Positions 1 to 11,117 are shown, counted from the stretch's first letter. The stretch: 42,094 nt of DNA from Nostoc sp. (GCA_036918135.1 JBALDB010000035.1:1-42094); one strand, 5' to 3'. Numbers and translations: made by a program. The notes: generated by a model from the sequence alone, not told the origin.

Positions 1-127
1 ACTTCATGAATTATTTTCGAGCTTCTCCAGTCAGTTTTCCTCTTGCTAGTTGAATATTTTACTAATTATTCTCTCCCTAAAGTAACAAAAGAGGGATTAC
101 AACCACCTCATCAACACTAGCCGTGCG

Positions 128-421
128 ATGCTAGAAGCTCATAATACTCTTGTGTCCAATTTTGAAGAATCGTGTAAAACAATAACCCAGGTGGATAAAA
201 CCCTCTCGGAAATGTCTGAACGAATGCTAAGTGGAGTTGCAACTGTCTACGGCAGAAACAGTATAGAGTATTCCAAAGCTGGCGGCTCTAATCGAAAACG
301 AACTAAACAATCTAGTTCAAAAGTTACTCCAGTTATAGCGGTTCTTGCTACTCAACCTGCTCAAGCTGCAATTGCGAATTCGTCAACTAACGGTAACGGC
401 ACAACTCCTTTACTGCAATAA
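128..421 (+). CDS. conserved cyanobacterial hypothetical protein, probably 5'-truncated
   Basis: ORF has a 'SERMLSGVATVYGRNSIEYSKAGG' segment typical of a small Nostocales family (recalled). The frame stays open upstream (DYNHLINTSRA) only back to a TAA at 83-85. Confidence 0.5.
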   Translation: MLEAHNTLVSNFEESCKTITQVDKTLSEMSERMLSGVATVYGRNSIEYSKAGGSNRKRTKQSSSKVTPVIAVLATQPAQAAIANSSTNGNGTTPLLQ

Positions 422-490
422 TCCACCTCTTGCATGAATCTAGTACCATGTCAAACTATAAAGCGTATTTCAGGTAAATAAAGTACACGG

Positions 491-518
491 GTAGGGGCAC
501 AATGATGTTGTGCCCTAC
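491..518. repeat. REP-like GTAG palindrome
   Basis: GTAGGGGCACAA-tgatg-TTGTGCCCTAC hairpin between convergent genes. Related short palindromes at 6910-6929 and 25605-25628. Confidence 0.7.
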
Positions 519-538
519 TGTATTTTGCTCTCCAGCCC

Positions 539-1387
539 CTATAATCGCCTAATCGCCATCTCTAAACCTTCACATACACCACTGAGAAAATCTAAATCCA
601 AACTAGCAACTGTGTCACTAGGTTTGTGATAATGTGGATTGCGTAAAAATGCCGTATCTGTGACCATCATTGCTGGATAACCTAAATCCCAAAAAGGTGC
701 ATGATCGCTGAGTCTAGTTTGCGGAACTATTAAACCTCGATTTGGTACGGGTAGCCATTGACTTGAAACGCCAACTCGGCGAATACTACGACTCATGCCA
801 ATTAAGTCAGCAATTGTTCGCAAATTCCCAATTAAAGCAATAAAATCGCCGCTATTAGGATAGAAGCGTTCCAGAAAAGGCGGGTAACTTTGAGAGCCTG
901 GTGTAGAATCTTTGTAACCCAGCATTTCTAGTGAAATCATTAAACGTAGCTGTTGCTTTTGTTCGCGCAACAAAGCCGCATAGTCAGCACTACCCAGTAA
1001 GCCATATTCTTCCATATCGAAAGCAACTAGCCTTAAGGGATATCTTGCGGGTTCGGCAGCAAACTTTCTGGCTAATTCCAGCAACACTGCCACACCTGTA
1101 GCGTTATCATCGGCGGCCAGCGTTCCAGGAACAGCATCATAATGGGCAGCAATTAAAATAGGTGGCAAATCTTTTTTTTGCAGTCTAGCTTGGGAAGGTA
1201 AATTTAAAATGAAATTTTTACAAGCTTTACCCCTAACTTGGAAGGTGTGGATTTCCACACTTCCCCATTGGGAAAACTCCTGGCGGATATATTCTTGGAC
1301 AAAAAAATGCCCAGCTGTTGCTATGTAAGGATCGCGTTCTCGTGCTATCTGATTGAGGGAAGTTTGTAATCGCTCTGTTAAATTCAA
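539..1387 (-). CDS. M28 family zinc metallopeptidase
   Basis: AHYD, ADDNATG, FDMEEYGLLGS, SLEMLG, SDH and YHKPSD metal-binding motifs. Confidence 0.9.
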   Translation of the reverse strand: MNLTERLQTSLNQIARERDPYIATAGHFFVQEYIRQEFSQWGSVEIHTFQVRGKACKNFILNLPSQARLQKKDLPPILIAAHYDAVPGTLAADDNATGVAVLLELARKFAAEPARYPLRLVAFDMEEYGLLGSADYAALLREQKQQLRLMISLEMLGYKDSTPGSQSYPPFLERFYPNSGDFIALIGNLRTIADLIGMSRSIRRVGVSSQWLPVPNRGLIVPQTRLSDHAPFWDLGYPAMMVTDTAFLRNPHYHKPSDTVASLDLDFLSGVCEGLEMAIRRL

Positions 1388-1705
1388 ATTTTTAAAATAG
1401 TGGCAATATTAAAGTTTTTCGGCACTCAAAAAAGCAGAGCAAGTATGATTGAGGTGCATTTACCAACTTGCAGATAGAGTCAACAGAAGTAGGTAGATAA
1501 CAACAATTGGGGCTGCTTGGACACAGCAAGCATCGTCAATGCTATCCTAGTCTTGCAACTAATCTCCTCTAGCTGAACTTTTTAACTTATTACCTTAATG
1601 ACGACTATTATACCATTGAGGTGTTTTCACCCTGTAGCAGAAAGCTAGAGGTAGTTCCACCCAATCATAATAAATATATAAGACACTTTAGGAGAAGAGT
1701 AACGC

Positions 1706-3790
1706 ATGGGCAAGGTAGTCGGCATCGACTTGGGTACAACCAACTCAGTAGTCGCCGTGATGGAGGGTGGCAAGCCGGTGGTGATTGCCAATGCAGAAGG
1801 TTTTCGGACAACCCCCTCCGTAGTAGGCTTTAGCAAAGAAGGCGAACGGGTGGTTGGGCAAATGGCACGGCGACAAACCGTCCTCAATCCCCAAAATACG
1901 TTTTTTGCAGTCAAGCGCTTTATTGGGCGCAAGTATGGCGAACTCAACCCTGAATCGAAGCGTGTACCCTACACCATTCGCAAAGACGAAGTAGGTAATA
2001 TTAAAGTCGCCTGTCCGCGTCTGAATAAAGATTTCGCCCCAGAAGAAATTTCAGCAATGGTGCTGAAGAAATTGGCAGACGATGCTAGTCGCTATTTGGG
2101 TGAACCAGTGACAGGGGTAGTGATTACAGTACCCGCTTATTTTAACGATTCTCAGCGGCAAGCAACCCGTGATGCTGGCAGGATTGCTGGTTTAGAGGTG
2201 CTGCGGATTCTGAATGAACCGACTGCTGCATCTTTAGCTTATGGATTAGATCGGGGTGAGACGGAAACTATCTTAGTATTTGACTTGGGTGGCGGCACTT
2301 TTGACGTGTCGATTTTAGAAGTCGGCGATGGCATCTTTGAAGTTAAAGCTACCAGTGGAGACACACAACTTGGTGGCAACGATTTCGACAAAAAAATAGT
2401 AGATTGGCTGGCAGAGCAATTTTTAGAAACAGAAGAGGTAGACTTAAGACGCGATCGCCAGGCTTTGCAACGTCTAATGGAAGCTGCGGAAAAAGTCAAA
2501 ATTGAACTTTCTGCTGTTAGCGTCAGCGATATTAATTTACCTTTTATCACCGCTACGGAAGATGGCCCCAAACATTTAGAAACTCGTCTGACTCGTTCCC
2601 AGTTTGAAAGTTTATCTGGTGATTTGATTGGGCGATTGCGAACACCAGTTAAACGCGCCCTCAAAGATGCCGGACTCTCACCTAGAGACATTGAAGAAGT
2701 TGTGTTAGTTGGTGGTTCCACAAGAATGCCAATGGTGAAGCAGCTAGTACGCGACCTGATTGGCATCGAACCCAACGAAAACGTCAACCCCGATGAAGTG
2801 GTGGGAGTGGGTGCTGCGATTCAAGCAGGTATTCTCGCAGGCGAACTCAAAGATGTGCTGCTATTGGATGTCACACCGCTATCTTTGGGATTGGAAACCA
2901 TCGGCGGCGTGATGAAAAAACTCATTCCCCGCAATACTACCATCCCAGTACGCCGCTCTGATATATTTTCGACATCGGAAAATAATCAAAATACTGTGGA
3001 AATCCACGTAGTCCAAGGCGAACGAGATATGGCGGCAAACAATAAGTCTTTAGGACGGTTTAAACTGTATGGTATTCCCCCAGCGCCACGGGGTATTCCG
3101 CAAGTACAAGTATCCTTTGATATCGATGCTAATGGAATTTTACAAGTAGCAGCCTTAGATAGAACCACAGGTAGAGAACAAAGTATCACCATTCAAGGCG
3201 CTTCTACCCTGACTGAGTCGGAAGTAAACCGGATGATTCAGGATGCTGAAAAATACGCCGATGTTGACCGGGAACGTAAAGAACGAGTAGAAAAGCGGAC
3301 TCGTTCGGAAGCGTTAATTTTCCAAGCAGAACGACAACTCAGAGAAGTAGCCTTGGAATTTGGGATGCAGTTTGCCCGCAACCGCCGTCAAAGAATTGAT
3401 AATATTTCCCAAGAACTACGAGAAAGTCTCAAAGAAAACGACGATCGCGGTATTGACCAAGCCTACGCTGACCTGCAAGATGCTTTATATGAGCTAAATC
3501 GAGAAGTCCGTCAGTATTATGCTGAAGACGAAGACGATGATTTATTTGGTACTATCCGTGACATTTTTACTGGCGGCGATAAAGAACGAGAACGCGACTT
3601 CCGAGATACATATCGCGAACGCGACTCCTATGGTAGAGACTATGGTACAGACCGAAACTATGGTAAAGACTATGGCAGAGATTATAGCCGAGATAATCGT
3701 TCTTCTTCTTATGAAAACCGTCCTCCACGCAAATCTCGCCCAAGTTACCAAGATAACTGGGATGATGAAGAAGATAATGATTGGTTGTAG
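1706..3790 (+). CDS. dnaK: Hsp70 chaperone DnaK, DnaK3-type with extended charged C-terminal tail
   Basis: [32 protein letters not shown] motifs. Tail ends [10 protein letters not shown] as in cyanobacterial DnaK3; dnaJ follows directly. Confidence 0.97.
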   Translation: MGKVVGIDLGTTNSVVAVMEGGKPVVIANAEGFRTTPSVVGFSKEGERVVGQMARRQTVLNPQNTFFAVKRFIGRKYGELNPESKRVPYTIRKDEVGNIKVACPRLNKDFAPEEISAMVLKKLADDASRYLGEPVTGVVITVPAYFNDSQRQATRDAGRIAGLEVLRILNEPTAASLAYGLDRGETETILVFDLGGGTFDVSILEVGDGIFEVKATSGDTQLGGNDFDKKIVDWLAEQFLETEEVDLRRDRQALQRLMEAAEKVKIELSAVSVSDINLPFITATEDGPKHLETRLTRSQFESLSGDLIGRLRTPVKRALKDAGLSPRDIEEVVLVGGSTRMPMVKQLVRDLIGIEPNENVNPDEVVGVGAAIQAGILAGELKDVLLLDVTPLSLGLETIGGVMKKLIPRNTTIPVRRSDIFSTSENNQNTVEIHVVQGERDMAANNKSLGRFKLYGIPPAPRGIPQVQVSFDIDANGILQVAALDRTTGREQSITIQGASTLTESEVNRMIQDAEKYADVDRERKERVEKRTRSEALIFQAERQLREVALEFGMQFARNRRQRIDNISQELRESLKENDDRGIDQAYADLQDALYELNREVRQYYAEDEDDDLFGTIRDIFTGGDKERERDFRDTYRERDSYGRDYGTDRNYGKDYGRDYSRDNRSSSYENRPPRKSRPSYQDNWDDEEDNDWL

Positions 3791-3809
3791 TTTCTGATAA
3801 AAGTTAGAA

Positions 3810-3874
3810 GTAGAGACGCGATTAATCGCGTCTGTACAAGAGTTAGGCGATTAATCGCATCTGTACAAGAGTTA
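3810..3874. repeat. REP-like palindrome with partial tandem duplication
   Basis: GTAGAGACGCGATTAATCGCGTCTGTAC at 3810-3837. A 28-bp direct repeat (1 mismatch) at 3818-3845 and 3847-3874. Confidence 0.8.
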
Positions 3875-3972
3875 AAACTGAAAAATTAAATCTTTCAACT
3901 CCTCACTCTCACTGTTGACTCCTGAGTGTTAATTATTCCAAAATCTAAAATCAAAAATTTAAATAACTGACT

Positions 3973-4965
3973 ATGCAAAATTTGCAGAATTTCCGCGATT
4001 ACTATGAGATTTTAGGAGTATCTAAAGACGCCTCTAACGAGGAAATCAAAAAGGTTTATCGGCGATTAGCAAGACAGTATCACCCCGATCTCAATCCTGG
4101 AAATAAAGCAGCCGAGGAAAAATTTAAGGATATCGGCGAGGCTTACGAAGTGCTTTCAGACCCAGCCAAGCGCTCGCAGTATGACCAGTTTAGCCGCTAT
4201 TGGAAGCAACAAGGCTTTGCAGGCAAAAAGACGCCAAAAGCTAAAAGCTGGCAAACCGGCGCTAACGGTCGCAATGAAAATCAGGATGTAGATCCAAGTC
4301 AGTTCTCAGACTTTGAAAGCTTTATTAATCAAGTTATCGGTGTCAAAAATCAAAATGGGGCAACTACCCCGAATAATAATGCTACTAGCGATCCGTTTCG
4401 TTCGCCGAGAACAAAAGTTGCCTACACAGTTAACACCCCACCTCGCACTGCTCGTAAAGACATAGAAGCCAGATTGACTCTACCATTAGAAAAAGCTTAT
4501 CAAGGTGGTAACGAACGCATTCGCTTAGAAGATGGGCGATCGCTAGAAATTAATATGCCTCAAGCTATGGTTACAGGTCAAACTATTCGTTTGCGAAACC
4601 AAGGTGTTGGTGGTGGCGACTTATACTTAAAAATTACTGTCGAACCTCATTCATTGTTTAAGCTAGATGGCTTTAATATCCTCTGTCAAGTACCTGTGAC
4701 TCCCAGCGAAGCAGTTTTAGGAGGTCAGGTAGAAGCACCCACCCTCGATGGCCCTGTAAAAATGACTATTCCTCCGGGAGTTAAGTCTGGTCAAAAATTT
4801 CGACTAGGTAGTAAAGGCTACCCTAACGATGATGGGAAACGTGGCGATCAATTGGTGGAAATTCAGATAGTGACACCAAAAAATATTAGTCAAGAAGAAC
4901 GGGAACTTTACGAAAAGTTGCGGCAAATTGAAACCTTTAAACCCCGTGCTGATTTAATACGTTAG
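3973..4965 (+). CDS. dnaJ: class B DnaJ co-chaperone (J domain plus C-terminal domain, no zinc finger)
   Basis: DYYEILGV...YHPD J domain, GDLY and [13 protein letters not shown]-terminal motifs, no CxxCxGxG repeats. Confidence 0.93.
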   Translation: MQNLQNFRDYYEILGVSKDASNEEIKKVYRRLARQYHPDLNPGNKAAEEKFKDIGEAYEVLSDPAKRSQYDQFSRYWKQQGFAGKKTPKAKSWQTGANGRNENQDVDPSQFSDFESFINQVIGVKNQNGATTPNNNATSDPFRSPRTKVAYTVNTPPRTARKDIEARLTLPLEKAYQGGNERIRLEDGRSLEINMPQAMVTGQTIRLRNQGVGGGDLYLKITVEPHSLFKLDGFNILCQVPVTPSEAVLGGQVEAPTLDGPVKMTIPPGVKSGQKFRLGSKGYPNDDGKRGDQLVEIQIVTPKNISQEERELYEKLRQIETFKPRADLIR

Positions 4966-5072
4966 AAACTAGCTTTTCATCGGATGTCAAAAAAGAGTGA
5001 TGGTTAGGAGATGATTTACATGACTTTCCAAGGGCTACAAATTGACAAAGGATTTAAAATATAAAAATATCT

Positions 5073-5633
5073 TTGAGCAAAGTGACTCAAACAGCCGTGA
5101 ATCAGAAAGGGACAATGGCACAAAGCAGTGAACCAACTTATTACTCCCTGCTAGGACTGCATCCCTCGGCATCCGTAATTGATATTCGTCGGGCTTATCG
5201 ACAACTGAGCAAGCTTTATCATCCTGATACTACAGACTTACCTGCTGCTGTAGCTATTGCCAAATTTCAGCAACTCAACGAAGCCTACGCCACTCTGAGC
5301 CATCCAGAACGTCGGTTAAGCTACGATTTAAAAATTGGCTACTCCCGCTTTGGAGTAATTCAACCACCCTCTGATTTGAATCATCCTGTTTCGCCTTCCT
5401 ATGACTTCTCAAAATCAGCTTATCTTGATGCGAGCGATCGCCCCTTGTCATCTGGCGAAATCTTCGCTTTATTTATGCTGGTGTTAACATTTGTAGGCTG
5501 TGTGTTACTTGCAGTTACCATTGGCCTAACTCGTGGTGATACTGCTTTCCAAACACATCTGCTGCAACCAACTCCATCTGTACAGCAGTCAAAATTCCCA
5601 ATTCAGAATTCAGAGTTGATAATTGAGAAGTAA
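5073..5633 (+). CDS. membrane-anchored J-domain protein (true start may be GTG 5097 or ATG 5115)
   Basis: YYSLLGL...YHPD J domain and one hydrophobic helix (IFALFMLVLTFVGCVLLAVTIGL). Confidence 0.88.
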   Translation: MSKVTQTAVNQKGTMAQSSEPTYYSLLGLHPSASVIDIRRAYRQLSKLYHPDTTDLPAAVAIAKFQQLNEAYATLSHPERRLSYDLKIGYSRFGVIQPPSDLNHPVSPSYDFSKSAYLDASDRPLSSGEIFALFMLVLTFVGCVLLAVTIGLTRGDTAFQTHLLQPTPSVQQSKFPIQNSELIIEK

Positions 5634-5762
5634 AACAGGCTTAATCGCTAACACCAAATCTAGTTTGTATAGTTCATGCTTGTTGAAATCTCCTGTAATT
5701 ACCTTAATAGTAATTAAATATTAAAAATTAAAAAATTTCCTAATCCCAAATCTCAAATTATT

Positions 5763-6035
5763 ATGTCTTTTCTTCCCTCAGATACCCCCTTATACAATCA
5801 TCCCCTGCCACAAATTGAGCAGTGGCTAAAAGACCAAGGTTGTCAACAAGATGAAACACAAAGGCATTGTTGGCGCGTGCAACGACCGAGTTGGCAAGCA
5901 GAACTTTGGCTTGATGTTGAGCAAATCGTAGTGCGATATATCCAATCTGGAGAAAATGGACAAGATGTCCAACGCTCGTTCAAATATTCTCTGAGTCGGC
6001 AAGACATAGAACAAGCGGTGTTTGCTGGGCCTTAA
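5763..6035 (+). CDS. DUF3143 family protein
   Basis: PLYNHPLPQIEQWL start and FKYSLSRQDIEQAVFAGP end, typical of the family and of its position after J-domain genes. Confidence 0.85.
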   Translation: MSFLPSDTPLYNHPLPQIEQWLKDQGCQQDETQRHCWRVQRPSWQAELWLDVEQIVVRYIQSGENGQDVQRSFKYSLSRQDIEQAVFAGP

Positions 6036-6420
6036 GAAAACTAATACGGGCTTACAGGTAAAGAATAATACTGTTTGAAAACCAACTTGCTTGTGCAGAC
6101 TTAGTGGTGTTGAATAAAACTGACTTGCAAACTTGCTTACTCCCTTCCTGTGTAAGATTACGGATGTAATTTTTTCTGTTGTGTTCCCTTGCTCCCTAGT
6201 AGCCTAAACGCTATCTTCGAGCGTAAAAGGAGTAGTTTTCATCGGTCGTAATTTGAAATCTTCAGAAATCAGATCGTAACTTGTAGCTTTATAAATTGAG
6301 CATTAAGCATGGGAAGAGGTAGGGAGGCAGAGGAAAAAGACTTTGTATAACTTCGCCTTTACTCCTCTGCTCTTCATTTACCTCTGTCCCTTATTTTCCT
6401 ACTCTCAACTTTACTAAACT

Positions 6421-6903
6421 ATGATGATTTCTCAAATATTTAACATTGCCAATCTTTTCGTCTTGCCTTTTTGGGCTTTAATGATTTTATTACCAAATTG
6501 GAAGGGAACACAGCGAATAATAGCTTCATATCTACCTTTTGTGGTGTTAGCTGGAGTATATTTGTATTTGTTTATCAACAGCGTTACCCCAGAAAATGCC
6601 CAAGATTTCTCGAATCTCCAATTAGCTGATGTTGCCCGACTTTTTGCAGACGAAAAAGTTGCAGCAACGGGTTGGGTTCATTTTTTGACAATGGATTTAT
6701 TTGTTGGTCGCTGGATATATTTAGAAGGACAAAAAACAGGTATTTGGACAATTCATTCCTTAGCTTTATGTTTCTTTGCTGGCCCTTTAGGATTACTATC
6801 TCATATCATTACTAACTGGATATCTCAGAAATTTTTTCCCAAGTTGCAGCAGAATGAAGCTGTGACACTAGCAGAACAAAAAGTATCATCAACTAACACG
6901 TAG
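6421..6903 (+). CDS. ABA4-like (DUF4281) membrane protein
   Basis: VLPFWALMILLP, GWVHFLTMDLFVGRW and GPLGLLSH motifs; four hydrophobic segments. Confidence 0.88.
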   Translation: MMISQIFNIANLFVLPFWALMILLPNWKGTQRIIASYLPFVVLAGVYLYLFINSVTPENAQDFSNLQLADVARLFADEKVAATGWVHFLTMDLFVGRWIYLEGQKTGIWTIHSLALCFFAGPLGLLSHIITNWISQKFFPKLQQNEAVTLAEQKVSSTNT

Positions 6904-7398
6904 TAATTGGGTAGCACCCCTGTGCTACCTTACTATAAGATGACAAAGACAAATTATAGAAAATAGCTAATACCGAATAAATTAAAAAAGTTTTATTTCA
7001 AATTCTTAATTAAGATGAATTTTTCTCGGAGTTAGCATTTATAAAAACTTTAATTATTAGAAATCAAAGGTTTGATTCACTCTCATTTAGGTTGTATACC
7101 TTAAGAAATAAACTTAGTTATTCCATTAGAAAGAAGCAATAGTAGTTTCGGCTTTCTAAATTAAAGTCAGCAAGAATTGAAAATGGCTTAACTTAGTTAA
7201 AATTGTGTCTAATTATAGTTGAAAAAACAACATCCTTTAAAAAAATGCTCTAGTTCTAAGTTGAGAATGCTTGGATATTAGGCATTAATCATGAAATATA
7301 CAATTTTTAGCAGGTTTTGAAGCCTATTTTGCTTAAAGAACGAATGATTAGCCTCATGTTCGCAGCAATACCCTTGATTTTAATTTAGGAATACCACT

Positions 7399-9285
7399 AT
7401 GGACATCCAGGAGCAACTATACCATTGGGATGAACTAGCACAACAGTTGCGTGTAGATAGTATTCGCGCTACAACTGCTGCTGGTTCGGGTCATCCTACC
7501 TCGTCTATGTCAGCAGCCGATTTAATGGCGGTTTTACTCTCTAAATATTTGCGCTACGATTTTGATAATCCAGATAATCCGAATAACGATCGCTTTATTC
7601 TCTCTAAAGGACATGCTGCACCGTTGCTGTATGCAATGTATAAAGCTGCGGGGGCAATTAGCGATCGAGAGTTAATGTCACTGCGGCAATTGGGCAGCCG
7701 TTTACAAGGACATCCTACACCAGTTTTACCTTGGGTTGATGTGGCTACTGGCTCATTGGGACAAGGATTACCAATTGGTGTAGGGGTGGCTTTAGCTGGT
7801 AAATATTTAGACCAACTGCCATACCATGTTTGGGTATTACTAGGTGATAGCGAAACAGCTGAAGGGTCTGTTTGGGAGGCTTTCGATCGCGCTTCACATT
7901 ACACCTTAGATAATCTAATCGCGATTATCGATGTCAATCGACTAGGCCAGCGGGGTCAGACTGAATTAGGCTGGAACACACAAGCTTATGCTGCGCGTGC
8001 TACAGCTTTTGGCTGGCAAGCAATTGAAATTGATGGTCACGATTTGACAGAAATTGACCAAGCCTTTAGTACTGCTTTGAGTATCAACGATCGCCCTACA
8101 GTAATTATCGCTCGCACAAAGAAAGGCAAAGGTGTATCTTCTGTGGAAGATTTAGCTGGTTGGCACGGTAAAGTACTTAAACCGGATGCCGAAAAAGAGG
8201 CGATTGCCCAGTTAGGTGGTGAACGCCACATTACAATTCAAGTTAACAAACCCGAAGAACAAGACCAACCAGCTACAATAGGTAAGCCTCAACCACTACA
8301 ACTTCCAACCTATGACAAAGGTGCAAAGGTAGCAACACGTCGAGCGTATGGTGACGCTTTAGTAGCATTGGGAGCCGCGCAACCAAATGTAGTTGTGCTT
8401 GATGCAGAAGTCAGTAATTCCACTTACACTGAAGATTTTACTGAAGCTTATCCTGAGCGCTACTTTGAGATGTACATTGCCGAACAACAATTGATTGCAG
8501 CAGCAGTGGGTTTACAGGTACGAAAATACAAACCGTTTGCTTCAAGTTTCGCTGCTTTCTTGAGTCGAGGTTACGATTTTGTACGGATGGCAGCTGTCTC
8601 TCGCGCCAATATTAAATTAATGGGTTCCCACGCTGGGGTATCCATTGGTCAAGATGGGCCTTCACAAATGGCGCTGGAGGACTTAGCAGCCTTCCGAGCA
8701 GTGTGGAGTAGTACTGTACTGTATCCCAGTGATGCCAATCAGACGGCTAAACTAGTGGGTCAAATGAGCGATCGCAATGGCATCGTTTACCTCCGCACGA
8801 CTAGAGAAAGTACACCCGTAATTTACGGCTCTGATGAAGATTTTGCCATTGGCGGTAGTAAAGTAGTCCGTAGTTCCCAAAGAGATCGAGCCACTATAAT
8901 TGCGGCTGGGATTACACTGCATGAAGCTCTTAAGGCTTACGAGCGTCTGAAGAACGAAGATATTACAGTGCGCGTCATCGATGCCTACTCCGTCAAACCC
9001 ATTGATGTAGAGACAATTCGTCAAGCTGCACGCGATACCAAGGGTAATTTAGTTGTTGTTGAAGACCATTGGCCTGAAGGCGGATTAGGTGCAGCTGTGT
9101 TGGATGTTTTTACAAGTACTAGTAGTGCTACTTACAATGAATCCCAGCTACGCTTAATTAAGTTGGCAGTCAATAATATGCCAAGTTCTGGCACTCCAGA
9201 AGAACTGCTCCATGCTGCCAAAATTGATGCTGATGCGATTGTTGAAGCGGTAAAATCCCAAGTCAGACAGCCAGTAGGGGTATGA
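7399..9285 (+). CDS. tkt: transketolase (GHPTSS type)
   Basis: SGHPTSS, DRFILSKGHAAP, ATGSLGQG, TPP motif GDSE...DVN, IAEQ and GQDGPSQM. Confidence 0.92.
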   Translation: MDIQEQLYHWDELAQQLRVDSIRATTAAGSGHPTSSMSAADLMAVLLSKYLRYDFDNPDNPNNDRFILSKGHAAPLLYAMYKAAGAISDRELMSLRQLGSRLQGHPTPVLPWVDVATGSLGQGLPIGVGVALAGKYLDQLPYHVWVLLGDSETAEGSVWEAFDRASHYTLDNLIAIIDVNRLGQRGQTELGWNTQAYAARATAFGWQAIEIDGHDLTEIDQAFSTALSINDRPTVIIARTKKGKGVSSVEDLAGWHGKVLKPDAEKEAIAQLGGERHITIQVNKPEEQDQPATIGKPQPLQLPTYDKGAKVATRRAYGDALVALGAAQPNVVVLDAEVSNSTYTEDFTEAYPERYFEMYIAEQQLIAAAVGLQVRKYKPFASSFAAFLSRGYDFVRMAAVSRANIKLMGSHAGVSIGQDGPSQMALEDLAAFRAVWSSTVLYPSDANQTAKLVGQMSDRNGIVYLRTTRESTPVIYGSDEDFAIGGSKVVRSSQRDRATIIAAGITLHEALKAYERLKNEDITVRVIDAYSVKPIDVETIRQAARDTKGNLVVVEDHWPEGGLGAAVLDVFTSTSSATYNESQLRLIKLAVNNMPSSGTPEELLHAAKIDADAIVEAVKSQVRQPVGV

Positions 9286-9307
9286 CCTGCAATTATCCTA
9301 TCAGGGT

Positions 9308-9421
9308 GGCAAGGTTAAAATAGTGCATTAGAAAACTCTTGTGGGATGGGCTTCTAGCCCCTCTGGTGCAGGCTTTCCGTCCCATCCCACAAGAAAATTT
9401 ATTGCAACAATTTAGCTTGCT
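9308..9421. repeat. long imperfect inverted repeat (REP/MITE-like) between convergent genes
   Basis: TCTTGTGGGATGGG (9337-9350) pairs with CCCATCCCACAAGA (9381-9394); weaker pairing extends outward. Confidence 0.7.
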
Positions 9422-9428
9422 CAAGCAA

Positions 9429-9914
9429 TTACCGTCCCGATCTCCAAGACTTGAGTTTGGTTAGTGCAGGTTTAGAAGGTGTAGACAAATTGAGTCGATA
9501 TTGGATTATTGGGACATAAGAACCATTACCCTCGCGGACAGTGACGAGAAAGGCTGTTTTATTACGTGGGTCTTTGTCGATTTTATCGATGTAACCAGAC
9601 TGTATTTTTTCTATTTCTAAAGGTTTTGCTTGTTTAAATCTTGGTTGTGAAATACAAACAATAGCACTTCCATCTTGATACCTACCTGAATAAAACCAAT
9701 AAGTTTGTCCTTTGGTTTGAAATTCGGATTTATAAAAAATAGTCACCCTGTCGAACTCATTTAATTGCTGATTTTGTTTGCAGTTATTATCAATGTATGT
9801 TTCTTGAGCAGCAGTTGGAGTGTTAGAAGATAAAGCCAGTATTAAACTAATTGCGAATCCAGTTGTCAGCGTTATTTTAGGAATAAAATTATAAATCATA
9901 AAGTGCAATCGCAT
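9429..9914 (-). CDS. hypothetical exported protein
   Basis: Signal-peptide-like N terminus ending TPTAA-Q; two Cys in the mature part. Confidence 0.75.
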   Translation of the reverse strand: MRLHFMIYNFIPKITLTTGFAISLILALSSNTPTAAQETYIDNNCKQNQQLNEFDRVTIFYKSEFQTKGQTYWFYSGRYQDGSAIVCISQPRFKQAKPLEIEKIQSGYIDKIDKDPRNKTAFLVTVREGNGSYVPIIQYRLNLSTPSKPALTKLKSWRSGR

Positions 9915-10109
9915 TGGTTATTCATAACCAAAAAATTGATAGTTATGAATTAAGTATATTTTCTCCTAATATTGCAAATGTAAATAACACAAATATTGAA
10001 GATTTAATAGCTTTGGTAAATACTTGCAATATTTAAATACAAATATCTTATCAACCAGTGCCAGCAGATGCCCAAGTACTTGAAGCGCTAACAATTGAGC
10101 AATTATCGG

Positions 10110-10367
10110 TTATGAATTAACTTTTCCTTTAATTAAACGGTGAAACAACCGACAAGGCCAGAAAAAAGCTCCACAAATACTTACCGAGGCAATGGCTGCG
10201 GCAATTCGCAAATTCAAATTAGACGAATTGTCAGACTCCAAGGGCTGAACTTGTGTACTTTTAACTAGTTCTGGCGCAGAATGAGAGAGTTGGCTGGCTG
10301 TACTCACCCCTTCAATCGCTGCTCCAATTAGATAAGCTACCAGGGCAATTATTAGCCAGTGGTTCAT
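10110..10367 (-). CDS. small two-TM hypothetical protein
   Basis: Two hydrophobic segments; ends FFWPCRL followed by a basic tail. Confidence 0.7.
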   Translation of the reverse strand: MNHWLIIALVAYLIGAAIEGVSTASQLSHSAPELVKSTQVQPLESDNSSNLNLRIAAAIASVSICGAFFWPCRLFHRLIKGKVNS

Positions 10368-10430
10368 TCTGTTATACTATTTGAACTGTGAGCGTATGCT
10401 TGGCAGGGAACAATTATTTGGTTTATCGTC

Positions 10431-10670
10431 CTAATGATTGCCACTTTGCCCTAAGGATAATCTACCTTCCGCCGTATCACGAATTAAAGGCAATTTAGAT
10501 TTTATATAAGTATTGAGGGTGCCATCTACTTGAGCGTCAAGCCCTTGCTTAGCTTTTAACTGCTGGAGGAGCAATTGTACTAAAGCCGCATCGTCAAACT
10601 GGAGCAAGGTGTTGACTTGGGTAGACTCGATTACAGCCCAGAGCTGTTGCATCATTTTGGCAGTGATCAT
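10431..10670 (-). CDS. small conserved cyanobacterial hypothetical protein
   Basis: QQLWAVIESTQ...LLQFDD...YIKSKLPLIRD pattern recalled from a cyanobacterial family; GAGG Shine-Dalgarno upstream. Confidence 0.75.
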   Translation of the reverse strand: MITAKMMQQLWAVIESTQVNTLLQFDDAALVQLLLQQLKAKQGLDAQVDGTLNTYIKSKLPLIRDTAEGRLSLGQSGNH

Positions 10671-10940
10671 GAGTCTGTAACCTCTTAAGCTTTTCTTTAT
10701 ATTTACACGAATTTGGAATTTGTGCTTGATTTTTATCTGAATATTTGTAAAGATGTCAGTTAAAAACGCTTAAGTCTGTCAATCCGCTGGGGTTAAGCCT
10801 TAAATTCTTTCTATATCTCATTTTAGCAAGTTTTTATGGAGACTGGAGAGATGAGGGAGATGTGGTTCGACTTGGCGGTAGTCTAAACTCACCAACCGGA
10901 AGATGGGGGGATAGGGAGAAGTAGCCAATGACTAATGCTC

Positions 10941-11107
10941 TATAGCAGTCCTAAATAAGAAAGTAAAATATTGCTGCTGGCTATTGAGAGCCAGTTGCTA
11001 GCTTAAGGGAACGCTTTGAGCAAACAACTCTTGGAAAATACGCAACACCCTGGCTCCTGTTAACAGTCAACACTAGTATTTTTCAGAACTCAAGTAGGAT
11101 TGCTATA
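10941..11107. mobile_element. MITE-like element with 13-bp terminal inverted repeats
   Basis: TATAGCAGTCCTA (10941-10953) and TAGGATTGCTATA (11095-11107), 12/13 match. The same left end recurs at about 22619. Confidence 0.65.
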
Positions 11108-11117
11108 TGTCCAATCT

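Noticed and set aside
1621..3797. Short ORFs overlapping dnaK, and similar ones inside tkt, virB4, virB6, virB10, pstS, pcxA, msrA, the kinase, rfbB, pedR and pfkB
   Set aside because: Antisense or alternate-frame shadows of well-supported genes with no recognisable motifs.
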